This document shows, piece by piece, positions 26,581 to 37,305 of a stretch of 50,146 nt of DNA; the stretch's first letter is position 1; every line of letters starts with the position of its first letter. The position numbers and the translations under genes were made by a program. The notes beneath the pieces were generated by a model. The model was not told the DNA's origin. It did no database searches and saw only the letters and a list, made by a program, of their open reading frames with translations. Origin of the DNA: Pseudomonadota bacterium. Its GTDB lineage: Bacteria > Pseudomonadota > Alphaproteobacteria > Rhizobiales > CAJQND01. The stretch spans positions 1 through 50,146 of the forward strand of contig JBCDDQ010000001.1 in assembly GCA_039180225.1 (NCBI GenBank). The letters run 5' to 3'.

Positions 26581-27342
26581 ATGCAAGGTTATTGGGGCAT
26601 ATGCGGCGCACTGATCGGGGTTGCGCTTCTGACCGCACCGGCCCATGGGCAAGACGGGGTTGCGGAATGCGTTCGGATGCAATCAAGCCTGCAGCGGCTG
26701 GACTGTTACGACCGGTTGTTCCGCGGGCCGCTCACCGCGCCGGTGGAAACCAAAGTGAACCGGGCCGCGCCCCCGCCGGCAACCCCGCCGCCGGCCGCTG
26801 AAACCATTATCACCGGCACGATCCCCAAGACCAAGCCAGGCGTGGTGGCCAATTCGAACAGCAAGTCAGCAAAGTTCCAAACCCGGCCTGAGCCTGAAGA
26901 ACCGAAAACGCTGGCCTCCAGTTGGGTGCTGAAGGCGGCGGAGGCCGGCACCCTGGTGGCAACCAGCTCAAATCGGGTTCACCGCAACCTTGTGGGCCAC
27001 AGATCCAGGCTGACCCTGGAGATCGCGTGCAGGAACAACACCACCTCTCTGGCACTGAAGTTCGGCGGCAACATTGTGGCCTCTTTCCTGGACACCGCCC
27101 AGCTGCGGTTTCATGTGGATGACCGTCCGGCGGTGACCTACCAGTTCTCCGTGGCCGATGATTTCAAGGCGGTTGGACTGTGGGGTGGTCAAGAGGCCAT
27201 TCCCATCATCAAGTCGTTGATGGGCGCACGCTCGCTCACCGTGGAAGGGGCGCCATACTTTTCCCGGCCGGTGAAGGCGGGCTTTCCGATCGAAGGGCTG
27301 GACGCCACGATCGGGCCCCTGCGCGGAGCCTGTAACTGGTAG
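26581..27342 (+). CDS. Secreted protein, possibly VasI/TagO-like (T6SS-associated family)
   Basis: Signal peptide, then CVRMQSSLQRLDCYDRLF, a Pro-rich linker, and a C-terminal domain with LTLEIACRNNTTSLALKF. The pattern recalls VasI family proteins. This is from memory and was not searched. Confidence 0.4.
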   Translation: MQGYWGICGALIGVALLTAPAHGQDGVAECVRMQSSLQRLDCYDRLFRGPLTAPVETKVNRAAPPPATPPPAAETIITGTIPKTKPGVVANSNSKSAKFQTRPEPEEPKTLASSWVLKAAEAGTLVATSSNRVHRNLVGHRSRLTLEIACRNNTTSLALKFGGNIVASFLDTAQLRFHVDDRPAVTYQFSVADDFKAVGLWGGQEAIPIIKSLMGARSLTVEGAPYFSRPVKAGFPIEGLDATIGPLRGACNW

Positions 27343-27385
27343 AACGCTGGGTCGCCGCGCCCGCGAAAAGGCGGGCTCGCTTGTT

Positions 27386-27670
27386 TTAAAGCCAACCGCG
27401 TGCCGCTGAATCTGCAGCGATCACCGCTGCGTTCCCAAAGATCAGTCCGCCTTGCAGCACAAGGGTCGGTTTGGCATTCCAGTCATTCTTGGGCCCGCCC
27501 ACGCTGTCGAACAGCCGGTAGGTCAGAAACAATGAGTTCATTACCAAGAGGGAAACAATGAGCGGGATCTCGCCGCCCATCAGCCAAGATCTTAGGAAAT
27601 CTGCATCCAAGAACGGACGCACGTTCTCGAAATAGAACCAGCTTATCCCATCTAATATCCAAGTCAGCAT
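27386..27670 (-). CDS. Small membrane protein, unknown function
   Basis: An AGGTGAG RBS precedes ATG 27670 (MLTWILDGISWFYF...). It has two to three hydrophobic segments and lower GC than its neighbours by eye. Confidence 0.4.
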   Translation of the reverse strand: MLTWILDGISWFYFENVRPFLDADFLRSWLMGGEIPLIVSLLVMNSLFLTYRLFDSVGGPKNDWNAKPTLVLQGGLIFGNAAVIAADSAARGWL

Positions 27671-27906
27671 GATCTTCTCACCTGAAACATAAATCCTGAA
27701 GCTTTGATACGAAGTATAAACCATCCGGGTCCGGAGCGCTCTATATCATCTAAAAAGATTGGCTTTGTGGTTACAGAGACCTTAACGGGCTGGCCCATTC
27801 AAGGCGCTGGCCATTCCGGGCCGGGCGAGCTATAAGCCAGCGCCGATTTGCGCTATACTCCGCATGCGGGTGGCGCGGGTTTGTTTTGAGGTGAAAGGGT
27901 TTGGAC

Positions 27907-29295
27907 ATGGCTGAGCAATGGTCTCCTGAAAGTTGGCGCGAGAAGCCGGGCCTTCAGATGCCGGCTTATGAGGATCAGGAAAAACTGGCATCCGTTGAAG
28001 CTGAGCTGGCCACCTTTCCCCCGCTTGTATTTGCAGGTGAGGCGCGCAAGCTGAAGCGCAAGCTTGCCAAGGTCGCCGCCGGGAAAGGCTTCCTCCTGCA
28101 AGGGGGAGACTGTGCGGAGAGCTTTGCTGAACATTCCGCCGATGCGATCCGCGACACCTTCCGCCTGTTCCTGCAAATGTCGGTTGTTTTGACCTATGCG
28201 GCCTCGTCGCCTGTGGTGAAGGTGGGGCGCATTGCCGGGCAATTCGCCAAGCCGCGCTCGTCCGACATGGAGAGCGTGGACAATGTGGAGCTGCCGAGCT
28301 ACCGCGGCGACATCATCAACGATATCGACTTCACCGCCGAGGGCCGCGTGCCCGACCCGGACCGCCAGCTTCTGGCGTACCGGCAGTCGGCCGCCACGCT
28401 CAACCTGATCCGGGCTTTCGCGCAGGGCGGCTATGCCAACCTGGAACATGTGCACCGCTGGACCTTGGGTTTCCTGGCCGACACGCCGCAATATGAGAAG
28501 TACCAGGAACTGGCCGGTCACATCACCGAAACCATGGACTTCATGCGGGCCTGCGGCATCAATGCCGACACCGTGCCCCAGCTGCGGCAGACCGATTTCT
28601 TCACCTCTCATGAGGCTCTGCTGCTTGGCTATGAGCAGGCGCTAACCAGAGTGGATTCCACCTCCGGCGACTGGTACGCCACCTCCGGGCACATGGTGTG
28701 GATCGGCGACCGTACGCGCCAGCCCGATCATGCGCATGTGGAGTTCTGCCGGGGCATTCAGAACCCGCTGGGCATGAAGTGTGGGCCCTCCATTGATCCC
28801 GATGAGATGCTGAGGCTGATCGACACTCTGAACCCGGACAATGAGCCGGGCCGCATGACCCTGATCGCCCGCTTCGGCAATGACAAGGTGGAAGAGTATC
28901 TGCCGGCCCTGATCCGCGCGGTGGAGCGAGAAGGCAAATCCGTGGTCTGGTCGTGCGACCCCATGCACGGCAACACCATCAAGGCGTCAAGCGGTTTCAA
29001 GACGCGGCCGTTCGACCGGGTGCTCGATGAGGTGAAACGTTTTATGGCGGTGCACCAGGCCGAAGGCACGCACCCGGGCGGTATCCATGTGGAGATGACC
29101 GGCCAGAACGTGACCGAATGTATCGGCGGGGCGCGGGAGGTGTCTGAAGAAGATCTCTCAGACCGCTACCACACCCACTGCGATCCGCGGCTCAATGCCA
29201 GCCAGTCCCTGGAACTTGCCTTTCTGGTGGCTGAAGAGCTCAAAAAAGCCCGCCGGGACGAAGCGCCCGACTGGCAGGTGGATGCAGCTGAATAG
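27907..29295 (+). CDS. Class II 3-deoxy-7-phosphoheptulonate (DAHP) synthase
   Basis: ~460 aa with [32 protein letters not shown] and DPMHGNT motifs characteristic of AroA(II). Confidence 0.88.
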   Translation: MAEQWSPESWREKPGLQMPAYEDQEKLASVEAELATFPPLVFAGEARKLKRKLAKVAAGKGFLLQGGDCAESFAEHSADAIRDTFRLFLQMSVVLTYAASSPVVKVGRIAGQFAKPRSSDMESVDNVELPSYRGDIINDIDFTAEGRVPDPDRQLLAYRQSAATLNLIRAFAQGGYANLEHVHRWTLGFLADTPQYEKYQELAGHITETMDFMRACGINADTVPQLRQTDFFTSHEALLLGYEQALTRVDSTSGDWYATSGHMVWIGDRTRQPDHAHVEFCRGIQNPLGMKCGPSIDPDEMLRLIDTLNPDNEPGRMTLIARFGNDKVEEYLPALIRAVEREGKSVVWSCDPMHGNTIKASSGFKTRPFDRVLDEVKRFMAVHQAEGTHPGGIHVEMTGQNVTECIGGAREVSEEDLSDRYHTHCDPRLNASQSLELAFLVAEELKKARRDEAPDWQVDAAE

Positions 29296-29525
29296 ACGTG
29301 TTGGCCATGGCGGGGCTTGACGCCCCGCCAACGGCGGCCTAAACCCGGCGCCATGAACACGGCCCCGTCTACACCGATCTGCAACATTTGTTGCTGCATT
29401 ATTATCAGCTAGCGCTCGATCGCTGGCCCGGCCGTTCTATTCTCCAAATTCTGATTGAACGAACCCAGCCAGCGGGCGGAGTGTCTGTGGGTGTGGGAAA
29501 TGGCCAAGATTTGGGAAAAGGTCAG

Positions 29526-30866
29526 ATGGAACTGAAACTCTATAATACCTTGACGCGCAAGAAGGCGCCGTTCGTGCCGATCGATCCGAACAATGTGCGC
29601 ATGTATGCCTGCGGTCCCACGGTGTATGACTTTGCCCACATCGGTAATGCGCGCCCGGTGATTGTGTTTGACGTGCTCTACCGGCTGCTGCGCCACGTGT
29701 TCGGAGTGGAGCACGTTACCTATGTGCGCAACATCACGGACGTGGATGACAAGATCAACGCCCGGGCCGCCGAAGAATATCCCGAGCTGGACATCAACGC
29801 AGCGGTGGCGGAGGTGACCTCCCGGACCACCGAGCAGTTCCACGAAGACATTGCCGCTCTCGGCGTATTGCTGCCCGATGTGGAGCCCACCTGCACCAGC
29901 CACATTCCGCAGATGGTGGAAATGATCAAGGTGCTGATCGCCAAGGGCAACGCCTATGAGGCGGAGGGCCACGTTCTGCTCGACACGGCCAGCGTGCCCA
30001 ACTATGGCAACCTGTCAGGCCGCTCGCTGGATGAGATGATCGCCGGCGCCCGGGTGGAAGTGGCGCCCTATAAGCGCAATCCGGCGGACAGCGTGCTGTG
30101 GAAACCCTCTGACGACAGCCTGCCGGGCTGGCCCTCGCCCTGGGGCCGGGGCCGTCCGGGCTGGCACATTGAGTGCTCGGCCATGGCCAAGGAGCATTTG
30201 GGCGATGTGTTCGATATCCATGGGGGCGGCATCGATCTGACCTTCCCCCACCATGAGAACGAGTTGGCCCAATCGTGCTGCGCCAACGGCACCGACATGA
30301 TGGCCAGAGTGTGGATGCACAATGGCTTCCTGCAGGTGGAAGGCGAGAAGATGTCCAAGAGCCTTGGCAACTTCGTGACCATCAACCAGCTGTTGCAGGA
30401 CTGGCCGGGTGAGGTGTTGCGCTACAACATGTTGCGCACCCACTACCGTCAGCCCATCGACTGGACGGTGAAGGGGCTGGAGGAGACCGCCAAGACATTG
30501 GCCGGGTTCTATGGCGGCCAAGATTTCTCCGGGTTGGAGGGCCGCTTTGCTGCGCCGGTGCTGGAGGCCCTGGCAGACGACATGAACACGCCTGCCGCCA
30601 TCACTGTGCTGCACCAGCTGGACCGTGCCGGCGATCGGGCAGCGCTGCTGGGCAGCCTCAGGGCCCTTGGTTTTGCCGGCGATCTTACCGACCCGCGGGC
30701 GCAAGGTGTGGATGAGGCGGCCATTCAAGCTCAGATCGAGCAGCGCCTGGCGGCCCGTGCGGCGAAGGATTTCGCCGAGGCGGACCGGATCCGCGACGCC
30801 CTGGCTGCCCAGGGCATTGCGCTGAAGGACGGGCCCGACGGCACCACCTGGGAGCTGGCGCGATGA
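29526..30866 (+). CDS. cysS: Cysteine--tRNA ligase
   Basis: [13 protein letters not shown], the HIGNARP (HIGH) and KMSKSLGN (KMSKS) motifs, and the GWHIEC zinc site. Start at ATG 29526. Confidence 0.92.
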   Translation: MELKLYNTLTRKKAPFVPIDPNNVRMYACGPTVYDFAHIGNARPVIVFDVLYRLLRHVFGVEHVTYVRNITDVDDKINARAAEEYPELDINAAVAEVTSRTTEQFHEDIAALGVLLPDVEPTCTSHIPQMVEMIKVLIAKGNAYEAEGHVLLDTASVPNYGNLSGRSLDEMIAGARVEVAPYKRNPADSVLWKPSDDSLPGWPSPWGRGRPGWHIECSAMAKEHLGDVFDIHGGGIDLTFPHHENELAQSCCANGTDMMARVWMHNGFLQVEGEKMSKSLGNFVTINQLLQDWPGEVLRYNMLRTHYRQPIDWTVKGLEETAKTLAGFYGGQDFSGLEGRFAAPVLEALADDMNTPAAITVLHQLDRAGDRAALLGSLRALGFAGDLTDPRAQGVDEAAIQAQIEQRLAARAAKDFAEADRIRDALAAQGIALKDGPDGTTWELAR

Positions 30867-32416
30867 GCCGGGAGCGGATCTATCTGTTTGACACCACGTT
30901 GCGTGACGGGGCTCAGACGCCGGGGATTGACTTCTCCCTGGAGGAGAAGCGCCATATTGCCGGCCTTTTGGACGAGCTCGGTCTGGACTATGTGGAGGGC
31001 GGCTATCCGGGCGCCAATCCTGTGGACACCAAGTTCTTTGAAGAGAGCCGCACGAAGAGCGCGACCTTCACCGCGTTCGGCATGACCAAGCGGGTCGGGC
31101 GCTCGGTTTCCAACGATCCGGGCTTGCAGGAGATCCTGCGCGCAAAGGCAGGTGCGATCTGCTACGTGGCCAAGGCGTCGGACTATCACGTGCGCGTGGC
31201 CCTTGGGTGCAGCAATGAGGAGAATCTGGAATCGATCCATGACTCCGTTGAGGCGGCCCGGGACGCAGGCAAAGAGGCGCTGGTGGATTGCGAGCACTTC
31301 TTTGATGGCTTCAAGTCGGACCGGGACTACGCGCTGGCCTGCGCCAAGACCGCCTATGAGGCCGGTGCGCGCTGGGTGGTTCTGTGTGACACCAATGGCG
31401 GGACCTTGCCGCATGAGATTGCCGAGATCGTTGCAGAGGTGACCCAGGTGGTGCCGGGCGGTCATCTGGGGATTCACGCCCATGATGATACGGGCAATGC
31501 GGTGGCCAATTCGCTGATGGCGGTGAAGGCCGGTGTGCGCCAGGTGCAGGGCACCTTGAACGGGATCGGCGAGCGCTGCGGCAATGCCAATCTGGTGTCG
31601 ATTATCCCGACCCTGGCTTTAAAGCCGGCTTATGCCAATGAGTTTGAAATTGGCCTAAGCGCCGATCAGGTGCGCGAACTCACCCATGTGAGCCGGGCGT
31701 TTGATGAGCTGCTCAACCGGGCGCCGGACCGCCAGGCGCCTTATGTGGGCGAGAGCGCCTTTGCCACAAAGGCCGGCATCCATGCATCAGCTATCTTGAA
31801 GGCGCCTGAGACCTATGAGCACATCGTGCCGGGCGCGGTGGGCAACATCCGCAAGGTTCTGGTGTCCGATCAGGCGGGCAAGTCGAACCTTTTGGCGGAG
31901 CTGGAGCGCATCGGCATTGAGGTGGACAAGGCCGACAGCCGCATCGATGCGCTGCTGCGCGAGGTGAAGGAGCGCGAAGCGCAGGGCTATGCCTATGACG
32001 GGGCGGATGCCTCGTTCGCCATGCTGGCCCGGCGCACGCTGGGCACGGTGCCCAACTATTTTGATGTGGACAGTTTCCGGGTGATGGTGGAGCGGCGCCA
32101 CAATGCCAAGGGGGATTTGGTGACCGTCTCGGAAGCCACGGTGAAGATCACGGTGGATGGGGACAAGATGATGAGCGTCGGCGAGGGCAACGGCCCGGTG
32201 AACGCGCTCGACAATGCGCTGCGCAAGGACCTGGGCCGCTATTCGGAGTTTCTGGAGGACCTGGAACTGGTGGACTACAAGGTGCGCATCCTGGACGGAG
32301 GCACGGAGGCCACCACGCGGGTTCTGGTGGAGAGTTGTGACGGGGCCGGGAACCGGTGGTTCACGGTCGGGGGTCTCCGGCAACATCGTGGATGCCTCGT
32401 TCCAGGCGCTGATTGA
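30863..32416 (+). CDS. cimA: Citramalate synthase (LeuA/CimA family), 3' end disrupted by an apparent +1 frameshift
   Basis: [27 protein letters not shown] and [12 protein letters not shown] motifs. After the G5 run at 32369..32373 the conserved C-terminus [28 protein letters not shown] continues in the next frame to 32459. Confidence 0.85.
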   Translation: MSRERIYLFDTTLRDGAQTPGIDFSLEEKRHIAGLLDELGLDYVEGGYPGANPVDTKFFEESRTKSATFTAFGMTKRVGRSVSNDPGLQEILRAKAGAICYVAKASDYHVRVALGCSNEENLESIHDSVEAARDAGKEALVDCEHFFDGFKSDRDYALACAKTAYEAGARWVVLCDTNGGTLPHEIAEIVAEVTQVVPGGHLGIHAHDDTGNAVANSLMAVKAGVRQVQGTLNGIGERCGNANLVSIIPTLALKPAYANEFEIGLSADQVRELTHVSRAFDELLNRAPDRQAPYVGESAFATKAGIHASAILKAPETYEHIVPGAVGNIRKVLVSDQAGKSNLLAELERIGIEVDKADSRIDALLREVKEREAQGYAYDGADASFAMLARRTLGTVPNYFDVDSFRVMVERRHNAKGDLVTVSEATVKITVDGDKMMSVGEGNGPVNALDNALRKDLGRYSEFLEDLELVDYKVRILDGGTEATTRVLVESCDGAGNRWFTVGGLRQHRGCLVPGAD

Positions 32417-32470
32417 TTCGGTGAACTGGAAGCTTATCCGCGATGGGGCGACGGCTTGAGGGGTGTGAGT

Positions 32471-32608
32471 TCAAGGGGTGACGGCAGCACATTCAATTAA
32501 TCGCTCAGCCGGTGCATGATAGTCCAGTGGTTTTCGAGGTCTTTCGTTAGGTTCTCTTGCGACCTCAGCGAAATTTGAGCCACTCAGTCCGCGGACGGGG
32601 TTCAGTTT
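32471..32608 (-). pseudogene. C-terminal remnant of an IS30-family transposase
   Basis: The minus strand translates to ...RGLSGSNFAEVAREPNERPRKPLDYHAPAERLIECAAVTP*. This matches the conserved IS30 C-terminal LN-x-RPRK-x-L-x3-P-x-E motif. Only ~45 codons are open and no catalytic DDE region is present. Confidence 0.6.
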
Positions 32609-32690
32609 TCACCATACTGATGATAGCGTTCGCTCAGACAAACCGCGCAAGTCGCGACCGCTGAACAACCCCACCATCGGACGCAACGAG

Positions 32691-33653
32691 ATGCCTTACC
32701 GGAAAAGACCAATTGAAACATCCGAGCTGATACAGCTTGGGAAAACATTCGGATATGATGATCTGGAGCTAAGGCACTCAAACCCATCAGGCACCCAAAG
32801 TGACCAACAGGTTTCGGGTCATGTCTCTCTGACAAAGCTCTCAAGCGGCATGACGGCTTATTTGAGTGATCTGTTCGTCGCGGACAAAATTGAGCAAAAC
32901 GGCACGCTGCGTGCCGCGCTTAACATCGCAATCCAATTGGATGGGCCCGCAATGCGTTCGCGTTTGGGAACCGGGCAAGAGCTCACTTACACGTGCAACA
33001 GTGCCAGCATTGTGTGTCTGCCAACGCCAACATCATTTGGGGGGTGCGCTCCGGCAAATTGTCGTGTCCGCGGTGTTCTTTTTAGTTTCGATCCCGAGAG
33101 CATCGACGACACCGAGTTGTCTTCAGCGGTTAGCCGATGTCTCGAAAAGCCGTGCGTGAGGAGCATGCCAATCTCAGCAAGGACAAAAATGCTCTGCGAC
33201 GAGCTGTTTTTGTCCCACACGTCCCCTCTCACTGCACGACTGTTCGCGGAGAGCCTTGGTTTAGAAGTTCTTGGCAGAGCGATCGAACACGTCGGCGCCC
33301 CCGACCTGATCGGTTCTTCGGAGATATCGCGGCGTGATCAAGTGGTGATGTCCAAAGTCAAAGACATGATCTATGCCAACCCCGCGGCGGACTTTTCACT
33401 CGAAGGCGTGGCAAGGGAAGTCGGGGTGAGTGTCAGCGCTCTAACGTCAAAGTTTCCCAAATTGTTTGGAAAATCGGTTCTCGCATTTGTCAGGGACGCG
33501 CGGCTTGAACTTGCCCGTGACATGATCGAACAACAGGGTTGGACAGTTTCCGCAGCGGCTCATTTTGTCGGATATGGTCATCCCAGTAATTTCACTGCAG
33601 CGTTCCGCCGAAAGTTTGGAGCTTCACCACGATCTATAATCGTTAAAAACTAA
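32691..33653 (+). CDS. AraC family transcriptional regulator
   Basis: C-terminal double HTH (LEGVAREVGVSVSALTSKFPKLFG...AAHFVGYGHPSNFTAAFRRKFGASP). Lower GC by eye. Confidence 0.8.
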   Translation: MPYRKRPIETSELIQLGKTFGYDDLELRHSNPSGTQSDQQVSGHVSLTKLSSGMTAYLSDLFVADKIEQNGTLRAALNIAIQLDGPAMRSRLGTGQELTYTCNSASIVCLPTPTSFGGCAPANCRVRGVLFSFDPESIDDTELSSAVSRCLEKPCVRSMPISARTKMLCDELFLSHTSPLTARLFAESLGLEVLGRAIEHVGAPDLIGSSEISRRDQVVMSKVKDMIYANPAADFSLEGVAREVGVSVSALTSKFPKLFGKSVLAFVRDARLELARDMIEQQGWTVSAAAHFVGYGHPSNFTAAFRRKFGASPRSIIVKN

Positions 33654-33778
33654 TTGCGGTCGCGCATAGCTAATTTGGGCTTTCGCACAAGTTCCGCCAC
33701 TTTTTCCGTCATCTGCGAAAATCTATACTCCGCCTCGTTTTAGCTGGGGTTTCAGATGAAAAGGGCTGATGGCGGGAA

Positions 33779-35878
33779 ATGCAAAAACACACACATTTCA
33801 AACTCTTCGCGCGTCTCCATACTCTGCTGGCATTCAGCGGTGGTATGGTTCTGGCCAGCGCAGGGGCCGCAGCTCAAAGTAGTCCAGATCAAGATCCTGG
33901 ATCAGTCATCGAACTTGACACGGTCGTTATTGAATCTGAACGCGTGCCTCGGACGATCACCCAAACCACAACCAGCGTCGTTGTGCGCGATGGCGAAGAG
34001 TTAGAATCCTCAGGTCGGATAAACATTTTTGACGCGTTCGAAGGGACACCCAACGTCTTGCCGCAAACGGGCGGTGGCTTCGTAAGTGCCGTCAGAGGAA
34101 TCGATGGCACGGGCGCAGGCTTAGGATTTGGGTCATTTCTCACCGGAGGAAGACCACGTTTCACAACATTCATTGATGGAGTGCCTCAGTCCTTCGCATT
34201 TCTCAGTCCCGGCCAGACCGTTGGCACCTGGGGTGTCAATCAAGCAGAACTGCTTCGTGGCCCCCAAACCACTCTACAAGGCCGCAATGCGATCGCGGGG
34301 GCGCTTTATGTCACCACGCTCGATCCGTCATACACGGTGGAAAGTCGGCTGCGGGTCGACGGAGCGGTCTATCCTGGAAATGACGGCGGCTATGGCCGCG
34401 CAGCGGGGTTGTTCACCGGTCCGATTGTCGAGAACAATGTGGCCGGTCTCATATCGTTTGAAGGCACTCTTGGGGAGAGTTTCATAAGATTTACCGATCC
34501 CTTGGCTGCGCCAAGCTTCAAACCTGAGGACATTGGGTCTTACAACCTAAGAACGGCCCTGCTCTTTACGCCGGAGTCACTGCCAGGATTCCGAGCCCGC
34601 CTAACCTACAACCGTTACGACGAAGAGGCTCCTCTACCGCTCGTGACCGGTCCGGGCAAATTTGAGAACAATGGCGGCGCGTTCGGAGCCGCTGCGGGGA
34701 TCCAACAACTTCAAGGCGATTCCATATCGCTCCAAACAGATCTTGACCTCGGTAATGGGTGGTCCATCGGAAACACGTCCACTGCACTTTGGGCCAATAC
34801 GGGACAGATCTCGAACACGGCGCTTTTCCAAAGTTCACTCACGGTCAAGTCCAGCGAGTTTTCGAGTGACTTGCAACTAAAGTATCGGGGAATGGACGAA
34901 CGCAATTCGCTCGTGCTTGGCGGCTATGTGTACAAGAGGGATCGCGATGAAAATGACCCAGGATCCGTGCCGCTTGATGCTAAAGACAGCGTTGAAAACT
35001 ACGCGGTCTATGGTGAGGGCCGCATCAAACTTGCCGGGCCGTTCGATCTGATACTGGGCGCACGACTTGATCAAGAGGATCAAAAGCGTCGGGGCACCCT
35101 CTTCGGCATTCCCAGCTTGGATTTCGATGCATCTTCAGAGGCATTCCTCCCCATGGGTGGCATCCTGGTCCACTTTTCAGATGACATCACGCTTGGTGCC
35201 ACAGTTCGAACAGGGTATCAGGCTGGGGGAGCTGGGGCTTCTTTCGTTACGCCTGGCGCGTTCTTTCGGTTTGATGAAGAGCACATCACCACAGGAGAGT
35301 TGAGCTTCCGCGGTCGATTTATTGAAGATCGCCTTCAGATAAATGCCAACGCGTTCTACAGCAAAATAGACGACTTTCAGGCCGCCAGCTTTGTTGGACC
35401 CTTTCTGGATAGCATCACAAATATCGATAAAGCGCACAGTATCGGCTTGGAGTTGGAAGCCGAGTTTCTTGTGAACGAACAGCTGACACTGTTTGGCGGG
35501 ATTGGCTTGCTGGAGACAGAAATAGATCAAGGCACTGTTTCAGGACAGAATGTTTCCGGCCAAGAATTGCCCTACGCGCCTTCCTTCTCTGGGCGCTTCG
35601 GCTTTAACTATGTGTCCGACACTGGCTTCTCGTTTGGCGCAACGCTCAATCATGTTGGCGGTTACGATAATTTTGTTCCCAACAACGCTGCACTGGAATC
35701 GGGCGACTACACCACGGTCGATCTGAAGGCTGCTTACAAAGCCAACGCGAACCTTGAGGTTTTTGCCTTTGCGAACAACGTATTCGACGAAAGCTATCAA
35801 TTGAGAGCCCTCACGACAGGGGACTTTGTTCCGGGGACGCCGGCAACATTAGGAATTGGCGTGAGGGCAAAATGGTAG
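33779..35878 (+). CDS. TonB-dependent (siderophore-type) outer-membrane receptor
   Basis: Signal peptide, a TonB-box-like region IELDTVVIES, the plug motifs RGIDGTG and ELLRGPQTTLQGRNAIAG, and a beta-barrel ending in GIGVRAKW. Confidence 0.85.
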   Translation: MQKHTHFKLFARLHTLLAFSGGMVLASAGAAAQSSPDQDPGSVIELDTVVIESERVPRTITQTTTSVVVRDGEELESSGRINIFDAFEGTPNVLPQTGGGFVSAVRGIDGTGAGLGFGSFLTGGRPRFTTFIDGVPQSFAFLSPGQTVGTWGVNQAELLRGPQTTLQGRNAIAGALYVTTLDPSYTVESRLRVDGAVYPGNDGGYGRAAGLFTGPIVENNVAGLISFEGTLGESFIRFTDPLAAPSFKPEDIGSYNLRTALLFTPESLPGFRARLTYNRYDEEAPLPLVTGPGKFENNGGAFGAAAGIQQLQGDSISLQTDLDLGNGWSIGNTSTALWANTGQISNTALFQSSLTVKSSEFSSDLQLKYRGMDERNSLVLGGYVYKRDRDENDPGSVPLDAKDSVENYAVYGEGRIKLAGPFDLILGARLDQEDQKRRGTLFGIPSLDFDASSEAFLPMGGILVHFSDDITLGATVRTGYQAGGAGASFVTPGAFFRFDEEHITTGELSFRGRFIEDRLQINANAFYSKIDDFQAASFVGPFLDSITNIDKAHSIGLELEAEFLVNEQLTLFGGIGLLETEIDQGTVSGQNVSGQELPYAPSFSGRFGFNYVSDTGFSFGATLNHVGGYDNFVPNNAALESGDYTTVDLKAAYKANANLEVFAFANNVFDESYQLRALTTGDFVPGTPATLGIGVRAKW

Positions 35879-35981
35879 CGGCCATTGCTGCTATAGATCT
35901 GGCAATTCTCGCGCACAGAACCAGCGTCCGAAAAGCCCCATTTGACGCCAATTTTCTCAGCTTGAAGAGGACACAATAATC

Positions 35982-37043
35982 ATGGTCGCGATCTCTGAAA
36001 CCGTGGTGCCAGTTTCTGACGCAAAGACAGTGCTTTCTTATTTCGCCGATCACATGCGTAAGGATCACGGCATAGAGTTAGATGTTGCCGAAGATGGCAG
36101 CCGACATCTGGATATGGAGGGCTTTTGCATCGATATGCGGGTCGACCCTCGCGGTCTGTACATTCGAATCGAAGGTCCAAACGAAGGTACGCTCATCTTC
36201 TTCAAAGAGGATGTCGCTGAACATGTCTCAGAAATAGATGCAACCGCGGCCGCGAATATTCGGTGGTCCGGCGAAAGTTCTGTGGAAGGTGCTCTGCCTG
36301 TTAATTTCAAGGTCTTGAAAGTTGTCAGCAGTCGGCCGGTATTTCCCGGACTGCAACGGGTGACCCTGGCTCACGATGACGTTTCAAGTCTGGCGGCGGA
36401 CGGTGTCCACCTGCGCTTGATGTTGCCATTGATAACAGGAAGAGTTCCCAAATGGCCGCGAATGGCGGCTAATGGAGCGCCCGTGTGGCCACAGGGAGAC
36501 GACAAGCTACACGCTCGCATCATTACACTGCGAAATGTTCGCCCCACTCTCGGCGAAGTTGATGTTGATGTGGTCAAACACGAGGGGGGAATGATCTCCA
36601 GATGGGCGGCAAACGCCGAAAGCGGAAACGCCGTCGGCATTATGGGCCCTGCAGGCAAGACCAGCCCAATAGTCTCTAAGAATATGTTTTTTGCTGCAGA
36701 CGGAACCGGTCTGCCAGCACTCGCCCGAATTATAGACGACTTGCCGAACGATGCTGCTGGTGATGTGGTCGTCGCGGTTCATCAGGACTACAATGTCACA
36801 GACTATCTTCCGCCATCGGGTTTCCGTGTTCACACGATTGCGCCAGACCGGTTTCCGTCCGAAATTCTTGGAACTGCTCGTGAACTCACCAGACGCGGTT
36901 ACACCTCGTACGCTTTTTTTGCCGGTGAGTTCGATAACGCCCAGGAAATGAGAAAGCACTTCAAGGACGAACTGGGTTTGGACAAACAGACCCAGCTGAG
37001 CGCCGCTTATTGGCGACAGGGAGTTCCTGGATATGGAAGCTGA
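35982..37043 (+). CDS. Siderophore-interacting protein (FAD-binding ferric-siderophore reductase) with an N-terminal DUF2218-like extension
   Basis: aa ~110-353 resemble the SIP/ViuB family (FPGLQRVTL...HLRLMLP...RIITLRNV...GPAG). The first ~105 aa form a separate small domain. Confidence 0.65.
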   Translation: MVAISETVVPVSDAKTVLSYFADHMRKDHGIELDVAEDGSRHLDMEGFCIDMRVDPRGLYIRIEGPNEGTLIFFKEDVAEHVSEIDATAAANIRWSGESSVEGALPVNFKVLKVVSSRPVFPGLQRVTLAHDDVSSLAADGVHLRLMLPLITGRVPKWPRMAANGAPVWPQGDDKLHARIITLRNVRPTLGEVDVDVVKHEGGMISRWAANAESGNAVGIMGPAGKTSPIVSKNMFFAADGTGLPALARIIDDLPNDAAGDVVVAVHQDYNVTDYLPPSGFRVHTIAPDRFPSEILGTARELTRRGYTSYAFFAGEFDNAQEMRKHFKDELGLDKQTQLSAAYWRQGVPGYGS

Positions 37044-37305
37044 CAACCAGGCCGAGCGCAGAGTGAGTGCGGAGCCGGAAATGGGTCAAAAGTTGCCGTA
37101 GGAACTATGGCAGCTTGCCATCCACCGGGGAAAACCGCGTGACCGCCTTGTGCCATCAACGCCCGTTCCGCTGAACACGGTAGGATGCCCTAACCAGCCC
37201 CACCACACGCAGCGCCTGCGCGCCGATGTTGCTTGTGACGTGCATCACTTTCCTCACGCTCATCTTTGCCATATGCTCCCACGTTCCGGGGTGTTGAGGT
37301 GACCC

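Noticed and set aside
32214-32459. 81-aa ORF as an independent gene
   Set aside because: Its C-terminal part is the displaced, conserved C-terminus of cimA (see the frameshift finding), not a separate gene.
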